From: Takakia lepidozioides
Lineage: Eukaryota; Plantae; Bryophyta
Direction of reading: 5' to 3'
Assembly (NCBI GenBank): GCA_030704615.1
Contig: CM060733.1
Span: 39,246,001 to 39,310,000 of the forward strand
Length of the DNA: 64,000 nt
Part shown: one piece after another, positions 1 to 12,317 of the stretch
Layout: each line of letters opens with the position of its first letter
Numbering within the stretch: position 1 is the stretch's first letter
Position numbers and translations under genes: made by a program
The notes under the pieces: generated by a model
Told to the model about the DNA's origin: nothing
Database searches by the model: none
Seen by the model: only the letters and a program-made list of their open reading frames with translations

Positions 1-260
1 AAGCCTTGTAAGCATCACAATTCTTTGTCAACATGAGTGTCCCTGATGTTCCTCTCATGAATCGCCCTAGCTTTAGTTGCCTGCAGCAATACATGTGAGA
101 TGCTCGAATTCAAAACGTATTCAATGTGCAATTAACACCAGGAGATGTCTCTCACACAAGGATACAGCCAGCACAGCACAATCAGTACATCAACACACTC
201 CAAAAGCTAACTCTTCTCCGCCCTTCTCCCTCTGTCTCACTACCAATGGCAGCATGATAC

Positions 261-3200
261 CTGAGCACCAATCCCATATTCTCTGGAGTCGATTGGAAGG
301 CCAAGTTCCACATTTGCCTCCACAGTGTCACGGCCTGCATCTTGCAAGTTGTAAGCTCGGAGCTTGTGTCCAAGACCAATGCCACGACCTTCATGGCCGC
401 GCAAGTAGACTAGAACTCCTCTCCCCACTTTGTCAATATGGGCCATTGCTTGAGCGAGCTGGCTGCCACAGTCACAGCGTGCGGAGCCAAAAATATCGCC
501 GGTCAGACACTCTGAGTGTACTCTGACCAACACGTCCAGCCCATTGCCAATGTCGCCCTGTAAGAATCCATGTGTAGCATTGAGTGCCCCTATTCTACAT
601 CACCAACCATGACAAATGCTCCTTGATTCTCAATTTAACTTCAAACTCTTAAAGACAGGTTGCATTTGAAAGATTGAGGATGGCGTGCTTCAGATTCTTA
701 CTCAGAAAGTGGGCTTGAGTTCTTGAGCTAATCTTTGTACTGCGTACAGTACAATAATCAAGGATAGCCACGGCTCTGTGACCACCTCACAAAGTGTGTA
801 AGTGGGATTACATTTGGCTGAATAAATTGATATCAAGATATGATTGGAGCCCTGCTAGGCAGATTGTGCTAGTTAAGTCCAGGGAGGGGAAGGCCACTGA
901 TAGCCCCACAAGGAAGTAGGGGGCTACGTGAATCAGATACCACACTAACATAAGGCATCGAACAAGAGTGAGCAGAAGAAGAATAAATACCTTAACCATG
1001 GCAATGTGTTCCATGCCATCAAGCTGTGAAACGTAGCTGTAGGCCTTGAAGGTGCCCCATTTTGTAGGCAGGCGTGCCACCGCTGTTCGATCTACTAGCT
1101 TCTCCCTTTTCCACTTATATCTGTGGCATAGTGAGACACATTTAGTGAATTCCCAGAAAGACACTTTTAGACTACCTCCTAAAGATATGTGGGCAGGTAG
1201 TCTCCAACTACTACAGGGAGACAGGAAACAAAAGAAAAGAATGGTATAACGTGCACAAGGGAACCCAAGGGGCGATTTAACAAAATAAAAATGAAAGTAA
1301 ATGTGAATGTGTTGCCGAAGCAACCGTAACTTATGTTCTCACTTGACCCCGAAGGACTACTGCCTTCCGGTGGGAAGGTGGACACCCTTATGACATCCAA
1401 GACACCAGTGAGGCGGCTTGAAAATAGAAAGAAAGACCAAGGAGGGCGGGGGGGCTTTTGTGTCTGTTGGAATTGATAGAGTAAGAGTTTGATCAGAAGC
1501 CTTTGCCTGCTTTAGTCTTGTGGCAGACACCCCAGGTCTGATTCGCCAGGGCAGGAGGAGAATAGAATATCAGCAGTGCTATTGAAGAAGGCTTGCTCCA
1601 GTAGTAAGACTAACTATGGAGTTGGTTTTAAGCAGAAATTCTCACCATAGAATGAACTTGATGCAAGTAATCCCCCAGCGTTCAGACCCAGGTAGGGCAA
1701 AAAAATCTTGCAGTTCTGAAACTTAGCAAGAAGTGGCATACCGTTCCATGCTTTCCAAGAGGGTCCCTCCTTCAGAAGAGTACCCATTACAATGCAAGAG
1801 AGGGAGGGATGCCAGAATCACCTGACAAGGTCAGCAATGGAGATAAGAGGAAGATTGTGGGTTTTGGCAAACTTTCGTAGCTGAGGCAGCCGTGACATGG
1901 AGCCATCCTCTTCATTTACAAGCTCACACAATACCCCGACTGGTGGCAACCCAGCCATTGTGGCTAGGTCCACCGATGCTTCTGTGTGTCCAGCCCTTTT
2001 CAACACCCCACCTGTGCAGAGAAATACCAAACAATAGTTGTAGTCCATGCAGTGTACAAACTACACACATGCTGTGCAGAGATCCAGCTGTTCAGGTTCG
2101 GATATTTGAAATTCTACAGCAGACCATCTGGTAGTTATTTTGGAAGAACAGCAATCACTTAGAACATCCAAACGAAAAGAGACAGAAGGGTGCTAGAGTC
2201 ACACAGTCAGGAAAGAAGATCCAGGGAGACAGGTGCAGGGAGAACGAGATGGTGAACTCTTTGCCGTATAATAGCTTGGAAGGGTAAACTCTGTCCTGGG
2301 CCTTGGCAATCTATGACAGCCCAAAGCTATAAGGAACAGTCCAGACGATACTTACGATCTGCACAGAAAGTATGCCCAATTGTTTGATAGACCCCCTGAT
2401 CCTCAAGCACGAGATAAGAACAGAGGTGGTCCCACCTTCCCGATATCTCAGCGGAAAGATATGGCCAGGTCGTCGAAAATGCTCGGGCTTTGAATCTGCT
2501 GAGGCCAATGCCAAAATTGTCTCACAGCGATCCTTGGCTGACACTCCTGTTGATGTTCCAGCCTTCACATCCTGTTCCCAATAAAGAGATCATGATATAG
2601 CCACACAACATCCAATACTTCTGCAATAGAGGAACTTCTGAAACTCACTAAGAAGGTCAGCAGGCCTTGCATTCAGCATTCCTGACTCTGATTTATATTA
2701 TTTGTTGGACACGAAGGCATTTGTGCCACCAAGACAGTTTCAAGTTCTGTGCATACGAACCGTCAATAGGCTAAAAAATAGCTTGGGTTGGGTTTTGTGA
2801 ATTTTCAACTGAGATTCTTATAAAGATGCATAATGGATACAGAAAAAGTGAACAGATACTTACCACAGTAACAGTAAAGGCAGTGAGAAGCGCCTCCTCG
2901 TTGTCCTTGTCCAGAACCATTAGAGGGATGTTCAGACGATCCAGAATCTCACCCTTCATGCCCACACAGACAATACCTGTGCTATGTTTAACCAGAAAAG
3001 ATATAGACTCTGGCGTCACCAACGATCCCGCCATTATCAGATCGCCTTCATTTTCTCTGTCTTCGTCATCTACAACTACCACAAACTGCGCCCAGATACC
3101 ACAAAACAACCTTGTCAGCTCTGTTATTTTCCAAAGCTTCTCTATGCAAAATATAATAGTTCACGACTTTCTGCTTTGTGTCATATTGCAGAGCTAGGAA

Positions 3201-3643
3201 AATAACCATATCCCCTACATTAGTGAGAAGATCAAACAAACACAAGTGACAATCACACCTTGCCTTGCCGAATTGCATCCACAGCCTCCACAACTGATGA
3301 GAACCCTTCTGATGGGCAATCAGGGTCTCCCTCCGCCTCACTAGCAAAGAACTGCTCTGTTGTTGGCGTGATGTGTGCCGTCAGTGTCTCAAAATTGTCG
3401 CTTCTTACCGTCTCAGAAACTCCTCCAAAGCTTGCTTCCACCCCAGTATTGCTAGTCACACCATTGACATCTTCACCTATATAGGCTCCATTGCCAGCTC
3501 CACATCTGACAGATACAGTGGAGGCCCTTGGAATGCCGCCTCGGTTGCAAGTATCTCGAACTGCTGATCCAGCCAAGAGCTGCAGTCCTTTGAAACAGGA
3601 TAAACCTTGCTTGCCAGCTGAACTGTTTAAGACCCATGTCGAT
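261..3643 (-). CDS. RIBA: Bifunctional DHBP synthase / GTP cyclohydrolase II (riboflavin biosynthesis), plastid-type; partial, 3' exon(s) lie beyond the window start and the first exon was not located
   Basis: Phase-compatible GT-AG exons ~3643-3259, 3085-2864, 2571-2436, 2011-1822, 1120-991 and 557-261. Motifs include [53 protein letters not shown] and [19 protein letters not shown]. Confidence 0.96.
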
Positions 3644-5037
3644 CTGTTCTCAGTTCTTCACCATGCAAAACTCTATTTTTCCTCTTTACTACTCCTTCCG
3701 ACACAAAATTCTCCTGCCCTTTGCCAAATATCCATTTTACAAGAATCCTTCCAGATGAAAACTCCCTTAGTGCACTCATGTAATCCATCAGCAAACTACG
3801 CTTGCAGACATCAGTTTTGATGAACTTTGCTGTAACTTAACCTCTGGACCTTCAGAAACGAACACTTTTAACTGGTTAGAGCAAGTGTGGTGGAATTAAC
3901 CAGGGCTGGAATTCAACCAGCCCTCTGACAGTTCTTCCAGGATTTGCCCCAAATATCTTGCTCATAGTGTCTCTCGCAAACTGATCCTCAGATAAACTTA
4001 CTCGCTGCATCAGCTAAGTAGTATCACTACTCTCCAACCTTCAGAGATACCTAGCCGGTTCCACTACACCGATTAAGTCAACATAATACTTCCCACAAAA
4101 TCAAACCTAAGCGATCTCAACAGTCCAAACGTTCGGTGTGGGAGAAATAAAGAATTTGTGGACATACATTTGTAAATATTCGGGCCTGGTTAAGAACTGA
4201 AGGTAAGCTCTACGGTTTAGGTCTGATGGGTGTTGAAAATCACATGTGCAACTGCTAAAAAAAGGTTTTCTCAACTAAAATCTCATCAGAGTTAGCTACA
4301 AATGTTGCCGGCAGTGCAATCCAGGATCACATATGTAAGAAAAGGTTCAAGCACAGGGATTTAACTATCGAAATTTTTGTAAACAGCGAGCAGGTGGGTG
4401 TTGCGCTCAGCCATGACAAACCTTTGTACCACCGAAAGACCATCTAATTGATTTTTCAACACAACAAGCTATTCCCTGCCACCAGAGATATCACACATGG
4501 AAGAAATGCACCAAAAACTCATAACATGAAGAGAGATGATCCGCACCCAATTCCACATCCACCAGCAGATCGAAGAAGAGAAAGACTTGGCCCCGCTGCG
4601 CCCAGTACCCTCCATTCTTGGGCGCAAACCAGGTGGTGGTAGATAACGAAGCTCATGGCCATCGCGTAAAAACTCGACGCAGGGCAAATCAACAGCAAAT
4701 CAACAACAACCAAAGTGCCACCCTTGCTGACTCGGACGCAGGGCCTTTTCTGATGTGGGTTCGGTCTCACAAAGAGTCTCTTCAAGTAATCTTCTCTTCT
4801 TTTCCTAATCAGAACTCTTGACAGAGTCATTCAACACAAGCATGAAAACAGTCCTCGAGCTCCCAAATGACAAATTTGGCTTTTCTCTTCATCTTCAAAC
4901 AGTCGACATCTGACCTATCCAAATTATGCTCATTCCAGACATAGACTATGCTTACCATGACCGGAACATGACAGTCAATTTTTGTAACACTGGTTACTTA
5001 TCATTATATCTACATATGAGAGGTCCAGAATCAGTAC

Positions 5038-5750
5038 ATGAAGCAAGCCATGAGGTACATGATGTTTAAGGCGCACAAGCAACCGAATGTGCCCGTGAAG
5101 CACGAGCACTTAAAATTGTGCACTCGGCTTTGGGTCCAGAAATCCTTCCACAGCTGTAATTGAGTGGTGGGTTGGCATTGAGATTAGGATTTGTTTCTTA
5201 CTGGGGTGGGGGGCGGACAGGAACAACAACCGAAGTCAAGGTTTACGTGCTAAAGAGTCTTGTTCAGAGAAACTGAGGAAGAAGTTCATTGAAACGACAG
5301 AAAACTGTAGTATTCTCCGGCTTCGCATTAGTTGTGGTTGGCATCCTTCAGCTTATAGGAGACAAAGTTGTAGAAGGTGTGCCAAGACTACCAGATTACC
5401 CAATTGTAATGATGATCTTTGAAGTAATGCTGATCCGCAATATAACCCTCTACGAGACGGGCTGGGAGGGGTAGTAAAAGATGAAGCCCATATAAGTTAT
5501 CTATCGCTAGCATGGAACAATAGTGGGGACATGAGAGGTGAATTATGGGCTATTAAGTGGCTTCCAGGAGTGCATAGACAAAGAAAGCACACACTGTAAT
5601 AGAGGGATTGATGGTTAGTGACATGTAGGGGATTTTGGGGCAAGCAGACACACTATGGCAGCAGCTAAAGAGGCTTGACATTCATGAGGCGGATGAGCAC
5701 CCAGTGTTTGGCAACATCAAACAGGCTATGGAGACCCTTGTCAAGCAACG
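5038..5750 (+). pseudogene. Decayed MAGE-family / NSE3 (SMC5/6 subunit)-like gene
   Basis: Segments MRYMMFKAHKQPNVPVKHEHL, EVKVYVLKSLV..KLRKKFIE, FSGFALVVVGILQLIGDKVVE and TLWQQLKRLDIHEADEHPVFGNIKQAMETLVKQRY resemble plant NSE3 in the right order. Frameshifts are needed around 5265 and 5300. Confidence 0.75.
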
Positions 5751-6099
5751 GTATGGATTTGACTTACGTGGACCATTTTATACTTGGACATATAGTTGTA
5801 CATGCCTTTCAACAGACACAACAGCTTCTAGTGTGATTGTCTGCTTTTGAGAATCAAGACTAAGTAATTGCCACCTTCCAGGAGTTATTAGGTTTAGGTC
5901 CAGCAAGGTATGAGGTAGGGCCGAGCTTCCCTCAGTAGAAGCACACAGCTGTTATGGGTGCATGATCCCGCCAAAAAAATAGATTTAATGTGCTAGTTGA
6001 GCCAATGCAGCAAGTCAAAGTTGAGTTCATTACCATCTCTCCCTCCCACATTGAACAATGGGGGTTGACAATCGTACACCCACCTACTATAAGGATGGG

Positions 6100-8045
6100 T
6101 ATCTAAAACAGCTCTGCCCTTGAAACAAATGTGTGTACCCTATGATTGACCTCAATCCAATTTTTCCCAACACCCAAGTATTCAGAATTGCATGCTTACT
6201 GAAGGGGTGGCATGTACATCTCTTCCTTTCTTTACCTCTTCAGAGCTAATTACAGCCCCTAGTAGACAGAATGGATCTAGAGAGATATCAGAGATGCCCT
6301 CCATTCTATTGATCCTCGCAGAATGGTTAGCATCCTACTGGAACAACATGCTTACAGCTAGATATAGCGAAAGATGAGTTCTACATTGGTGAGGGAACAT
6401 GTGTTTCGAGGTGGAATCTTGGGAGTCTAAAGGTTCCAGCCCAAAAATGTTGTCCATCTTTTTCCATGCCTAGTGTCAATATGGAATGTCTACAAACTGG
6501 GCTTGTAATTGAAAGTGATTATTGTCAAGATCCTTGAGTGATGCACTGCTTTGATTCACCTGGATGTGGACAAATCCCCTTCAGCATCCAATTTTAAGCC
6601 ATACATTTTCTTGCAAACAACAAGGACTCATCCACCTGTCAATGTGCAGCTACAACAAGTACATTCAGAGGGAGAACGTGTCCGGCAATGAGGGGACACC
6701 TTCGTGTTTGATGTAGCAGAGCGAGCCCTGGATGAAAAGGTTTAAGGACCAACTACAGGCCTTCATCTCTAAGGTAAGCTAGCATCCATTGCTTTCCCCT
6801 GTTTGCATGGAAATAAACTCACAGTAGCTCACAGGACCTGCAAAATCTGCTCAAGAGAAGCCACATTCACCTTGAACCATTTCCAGATAAGGTTACAGAG
6901 GAGGGCAAGGGCCTCTACGATAGGATCGCCATCATGATTAATTAGCTTGTTGACAATACTATTACACCCACCCACTTTATAGCCCTTTAGATGTTCTATT
7001 GCTTCAGCAGTCCCGGAAGAAATAATGGGCATGTTATATCCCTCCGTGATACACTCCAGTTCATCAGGGATGGCTTGGATCGGGATCAGTTCTTACTATT
7101 GTATCCTTCCATTCTTTAGAAACCTCCCTCACTATTTCATGGCCAAGAAGGCTGTAGTGTGTTTCAAAGGTTTTCCCAATTCAACCATGTTATTCCCTAA
7201 GTGTGTACTTACTGACCATTTTTTGGCCTGTACCAATGATTTGAGGCCAACCATAATCTTTTATCATTATCACCGTGGTGGTTCAAGTTTATGCAACAGT
7301 AAAAACTCTTCCCAGCATATTTTCTTGAGTCTTTACTAGCTGATTTACAGCTTTTCACAGCTGGTAATATTTAGACCCCAACCCTGTCATCTTTGATATT
7401 ACAGCCGTCCCTATAAGGTGCTCGTCCCAATCTCCACCAACTCACTGCTCTTCCGTATACAATCAGTTTCCTTCTAATGATCTTATCAGCCACAAAAGTG
7501 ACGGAACTCTCCCAACAGTTCACAGCTCTTTCAACCTCACTTCTTGCATCACCCAAGCAAGAGGAGAGATCTTAGAGCGATTGGATAAAGGGTTGGAGAG
7601 CCTCTTTCAAGGCCTAGACATTCTATCTTGACCTCTTTCCTCTGGAATTTTTCTATGCTTCACTTTCAAATTGAACATTTCACAAATCTGGTAGTGTTAA
7701 AGTGTACACCTGTAGATCTCAGTCCTGACAAGAAAGTGGTCAGAAGTACCATATCGGTTCTATCAACCAAGACTTTGACGCACTGAGGAAACAGCTCCTT
7801 ATCCACTATAATATACTCCACAATGGATGCTCCCCAGTTTGGCCTTTTTCACGAGTCCTGCAAAGGGTCTTCTTTTGACCTATTGTTCTCTTCCAGGCTA
7901 TTGGTAAGCCGCTTGCTGTTGAATTTACGCTCAACCTCACCAAAAAGCCCAATGAGGTCGTCCTGTTGTAGACCCTTGACCAACCGGGCATCAAAGTCTC
8001 CTAACAAGACCTCGTGGCCTTTGGCAAGGAACTTAGCACTACTGC
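6100..8045 (-). mobile_element. Heavily decayed non-LTR retrotransposon (RTE-like) ORF: C-terminal half of APE endonuclease plus RT remnants
   Basis: Minus-strand peptides VLLGDFDARL...IGLFGE...SIVEYIIVD (8040-7790), WESSVTFVADKIIRRKLIVYGRAVSWW, AIEHLKGYKVGGCNSIVNKLINHDGDPIVEALALLCNLIW and EYLGV near 6170. Many stops and frameshifts. Confidence 0.7.
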
Positions 8046-8912
8046 CTCTCTTACACAGGACGTCGTCTTATCTCCTGGTGTAACCTGTCTTCGGTGGTGT
8101 CTATAACCGATAGCTGTATGAAGCAGACAAGTAACAGGGTATAAAATACTTCGATTGGGAAGCTTCCATTCCCTCGTGAACGTTTAGCAAAACTTTTACG
8201 TCCCTGGAATTGGTTTGACTATTATGCTTACGTCTGTTTGTGATGACTGCAGGTTGCAAAGCAAGGACTGCCTGTACAAAATGGCGTTACTCACTTCGAG
8301 GCCGGTGATAGCCGAGCACAGGAGGTCGTTGGCTTTTTGAAGACGAATGACCAGCATTCAACAGTACAAAACTCTACACTGCTAGAGAGAAACCCAGATG
8401 CTCGTTGAACTACAAAGCATACCGCATGCCAATACAGGAGCCATCTAAAAGCTAGGCTCATAACCATGGGTTGCAATGGCCAGGATGGCGAAACCAATGG
8501 CATGACCCAGAGCTCCCCAAGCGCAACGGTATCTCCTTGTATCAATCTCTTGTTGCATTGTATGAATTGGAGAACGCATGTACATTTGCATTCGGACGTG
8601 TATCCAGTATCAGTTGGTTTTAGAAGTGGTCATCGGATCGTGATAATTGTCCAATCACATGAGCCAGTTATGGATGCCGTGATCTTCTGAAAACCAAAGG
8701 AAATGGACCTCCTTTGTATCTAGTGGGAATTAGGGCAGGTAATCGATCCTTGGCGCATGCAACTGTTTTAGAGTTTGCCTCTTTGGTACTGAAATGCACC
8801 TGTTGATTCAAGAGTTCTCCTCTCTGTCAAAATCTGTCCAAGTTGTATGTGTGGTCTTCTTCGATTTCGTTTTCTTAAATTTTTTATCGGATGGTATTTT
8901 TGATCCCTCTAT
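8046..8912 (+). pseudogene. Partial duplicate of the psaG locus (3' part of intron, exon 2, 3' UTR and downstream DNA) with an internal inversion
   Basis: Closely matches the reverse complement of 52402-53303. The block ~8352-8522 instead matches 52797-52956 in direct orientation, so it is flipped. About 30 bp of exon 2 is missing. Confidence 0.92.
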
Positions 8913-8914
8913 AC

Positions 8915-9130
8915 CCTCGATTCTTATCCCTCAACCAACCCTAACAAAGACTTATGTCATAATGATTGGTTGTAAAGGTCGACAAGTTTGGGTTCTAGTC
9001 AGCAGAGTTTTGACTTGCATGGCACATACTGATGAATGAAGGTCTATCCGGCTTTGTGTAAGCCCTTCCAGTAATATTTTTCCTGCAACCTCTTGACCGT
9101 CTTAGCCACACCCAAGTGTGCAGCATACAC
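8915..9130 (-). mobile_element. Ty3/Gypsy integrase zinc-binding domain fragment
   Basis: The minus strand reads AHLGVAKTVKRLQEKYYWKGL and, downstream, RPLQPII...FVRVG, typical of the integrase H2C2-to-core junction. Confidence 0.65.
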
Positions 9131-9327
9131 AGTAATCTAGGATTGTGTACGACTTTGCACATAATGTATTTCCTTACGAAGCGCTCATGTGGCCACTGTG
9201 GTAATTTTCAAAAATTGAAACGAAGAAGGAAAAAAATTAGAAAAACATTGCTGCCAAACCATGAACAAAATCAATTACAATTACAATAGATAACTTGACC
9301 AAACTTCTTTATTTTTTATTTTTTTAA

Positions 9328-10146
9328 CCCTTAAGTTCCCAAGCCCTTTTTTGATTTTTTACCAATTTTGGGTACCCAGCTGCAGTAAATTGCCCCTAGA
9401 AACCTACCAAAAATCATCCACAGATTCCAGCCTCATAGCAATGGGCCCAGCTCATTTATGCATGACATACTAAAAAATGAGCCAAGTCCACCGTGGAAAT
9501 TGTGAGATTATGGCGTTGGCCCGGACCTCAAATATCAGGTCCCAAAGAAAAAGTGATAAAGAAATTGGTTTGACCAAATCAAAACCTAGCTTTCTCCAAT
9601 TTTGCTTGCCCCAAGACCCACCATTTCAATAGTGGAGTGGCCATGACCCCACTAAATTGCAGGTCCAACTGATTTTTCCACCTATGGTTGCTATTCATGC
9701 AATTACATGGGGGTTGAAATCTCAAAATTGACAAGAGAAAATGTGCCTCCAAATGAAGTACTTTTTTTTCTACAAATTTTTTAAAAGCCAACTGTGGATG
9801 TGTGTATGTAATGCTCACACACCACAAGGTGAAGTGTTTTTTCCAAAATTACGAATTTTTCTGCCAAAAATGGCCTTTGGAGTGCAATCTGTTTTGGGGT
9901 TGTTTACCTGCCACATCAGCGGTCAACAGCCCTTTTCAGGCCCCAAAACGTAAATGAGAGATCTAAGATATTTTTTGTAAGTCGCAGCTTTTTTTTTTTT
10001 TTTAATTTTTTTTTTTGCATCATACTCGAGACAAATCCTTTGTCATTAAAGCTTCAGGAGTGGGCCCCATCAGATTAAATCTGCAAAAATTTGGTCCAAC
10101 TGCATATTCAAAGTGACCCGATTCAGGTCGCTTGGGAACTTAAGGG
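9328..10146. mobile_element. piggyBac-type non-autonomous element (MITE), complete copy
   Basis: Perfect 17-bp TIRs: CCCTTAAGTTCCCAAGC (9328-9344) and GCTTGGGAACTTAAGGG (10130-10146). TTAA flanks both sides (9324-9327, 10147-10150). No transposase ORF. Confidence 0.85.
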
Positions 10147-10150
10147 TTAA

Positions 10151-10866
10151 CCCTTAAGTTCCCAAGCCCTTTTTTGACTTTTTACCAATTTTGGGTACCC
10201 AGCTGCAGTAAATTGCCCCTAGAAACCTACCGAAAATCATCCACAGATTCCAGCCTTATAGCAATGGGCCCAGCTCATTTATGCATGACATACCAAAAAA
10301 GGAGCCAAGTCCACCGTGAGATTATAGCGTTGGCCCGGACCTCAAATATCAGGTCCCGAAGAAAAAGTGAGAAAGAAATTGGTTTGACCAAATCAAAACC
10401 TAGCTTTCTCCAATTTTGCTTGCCCCAAGACCCACCATTTCAATAGTGGAGTGGCCATGACCCCACTAAATTGCAGGTCCAACTGATTTTTCCACCTATG
10501 GTTGCTATGCATGCAATTACATGGGGGTTGAAATCTCAAAATTGACAAGAGAAAATGTGCCTCCAAATGAAGTACTTTTTTTTCTACAAAAGTTTTGAAA
10601 GCCAATGGTGGATGTGTGTATGTAATGCTCACACACCAGATGGTGAAGTGCTTTTTCCAAAATTGCTCTGCCAAAAATGGCCTTTGGAGTGCAATCTGTT
10701 TTGGGCTTGTTTACCTGCCACATCAGCGGTCAATAAGCCCTTTTCAAGCCCAAAACGTAAAAATGAGATCTAAGATATTTTTTGTAGGTCGGAGCTTTTG
10801 TTTTTTTTTAGTTTTGTTTTTTGCATCATACTTGAGACAAATCCCTTGTCATTAAAGCTTCAGGAG
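10151..10866. mobile_element. Second, tandem copy of the piggyBac-type MITE, right end truncated
   Basis: Starts with the same TIR right after the shared TTAA and is collinear with copy 1 up to AAGCTTCAGGAG. It lacks the last ~86 bp including the right TIR and abuts LINE sequence. Confidence 0.85.
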
Positions 10867-11433
10867 AATTGGTTGTTCCAGACAACCGTTGAATCGGAAG
10901 TTCTTGTGCACAACATGCCTCCTTTTCCCCAGGAGTTATCAAAGTCAGCGAATAGTTGCAATCTCCTGTTCTGTGAGCATCTATCAGCAGCTGCACACAA
11001 AACGCTCCATTAAGTCAGAGTGAACTCTATACAACACTACATTTGCACAAGGAGCAAGACCTTCAAAAACATGAGAACACCTACATTTCCAGATGCTCCA
11101 CAAGGTGTGGCCTCTCAAGGCTACCCACACTGGGCACGCACTCTGGTAATCAGCACCATTGTGCATGTTCAAAAGCAAAACAGAAGTCTGAAAAGAGATA
11201 TCCAAGGACCAGTTAGCATAGAATTTTCTTGTTTGCAACCAAAGAGAGCAGGCCAATGGGCAATATAGTAGGCAATGCTCGATCGTTTCAGGACCACCCA
11301 TGTTGCAAATGGAGCAAGGAAGTTGAGGATCCGAAATGAAGGCAAAAAATTGGCATGATTCGGTTGACAAGCTTCCATAAAAATCCACTTATTTTTGCTG
11401 CTCTCTATTTCCGCCAGACATCCTTCCATACTA

Positions 11434-12317
11434 CCGTACTGACCTAGCTTATTAGGCAATAATAAATTCAAAATCAAGTGCCTAACTAAACTTAGAAGAT
11501 TTTTAGAAAATGTGCCTAAAAATTGGAAAATTTTCCTGAGAAGCGCCTAATTGCTCGAAAATTGTGAAAAACACGAAAAAATGTCTAAATTATATTTTTT
11601 AAAGTCTAAAAAATTGGAAAAAATGCCTGTAATTTATAATTTGATGTTCACACAAAATTGCATGTCCACACAACTTCGAAAGGGCCCTACATTCATGCAA
11701 CTACGTATTCATACATCACCTATCTCATGTGAATCTTCTAAATCTGAGAGAATGTTAAGGTCAGGAACATCATCATCCTCGATATGCATGTTTGCAAGAC
11801 ATCTACTCATGCTCTCAATCACATATCAAACAATATATATATTTTTAAGAAAAAATTACCTCAACAATAGTTTTTGAGAGAGGTAAAAATCAATTGTTGA
11901 GGTAATATCTATTTTCAAGACCATTATGTTTCTTTACAAGAAAATTACCTCAACAATAGTTTTTGAGGGAGGTCAAAAACAATTGTTGAGGTAATATCTA
12001 TTTTCAAGACCATTATACTTTTTTACAAGAAAATTACCTCAACAATAGTTTTTGAGGGAGGTCAAAAACAATTGTTGAGGTAATATCTATTTTCAAGACC
12101 ATTATACTTTTTTACAAGAAAATTACCTCAACAATAGTTTTTGAGGGAGGTCGAAAATAATTGTTCATTATTATCCAAGGTCGACTGTAATATATGCCTA
12201 ATGTTTGGAAATTACCTAGGTGAGGTGTCTAAATAATAAAAACGAATCTGTCTAATAATATTTCATTTTTATTAATTATTAGGCGCGGAAGTGCCTAATA
12301 AGCTAGGTCAGTACGGT
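11434..12317. mobile_element. Non-autonomous Tc1/mariner (pogo-like) element with TA TSD, nested in LINE ORF2
   Basis: TIRs CCGTACTGACCTAGCTT(T)ATTAGGCA and TGCCTAATAAGCTAGGTCAGTACGG, each flanked by TA. Removing the element and one TA restores the LINE reading PANWQLVWKDVW. Confidence 0.88.
11843..12165. repeat. Tandem array of 89-bp units (~3.6 copies), each an imperfect hairpin
   Basis: ATTACCTCAACAAT starts at 11855, 11944, 12033 and 12122. Each full unit contains its complement ATTGTTGAGGTAAT. Confidence 0.95.

Noticed and set aside
9579-10855. Duplicated 70-93 aa ORFs within the tandem MITEs
   Set aside because: They show no transposase motifs, and the frames are not conserved between the two copies.
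11843-12165. CRISPR-like array of palindromic repeats
   Set aside because: The units are near-identical over their full length with no unique spacers, there are no cas genes, and the context is eukaryotic.
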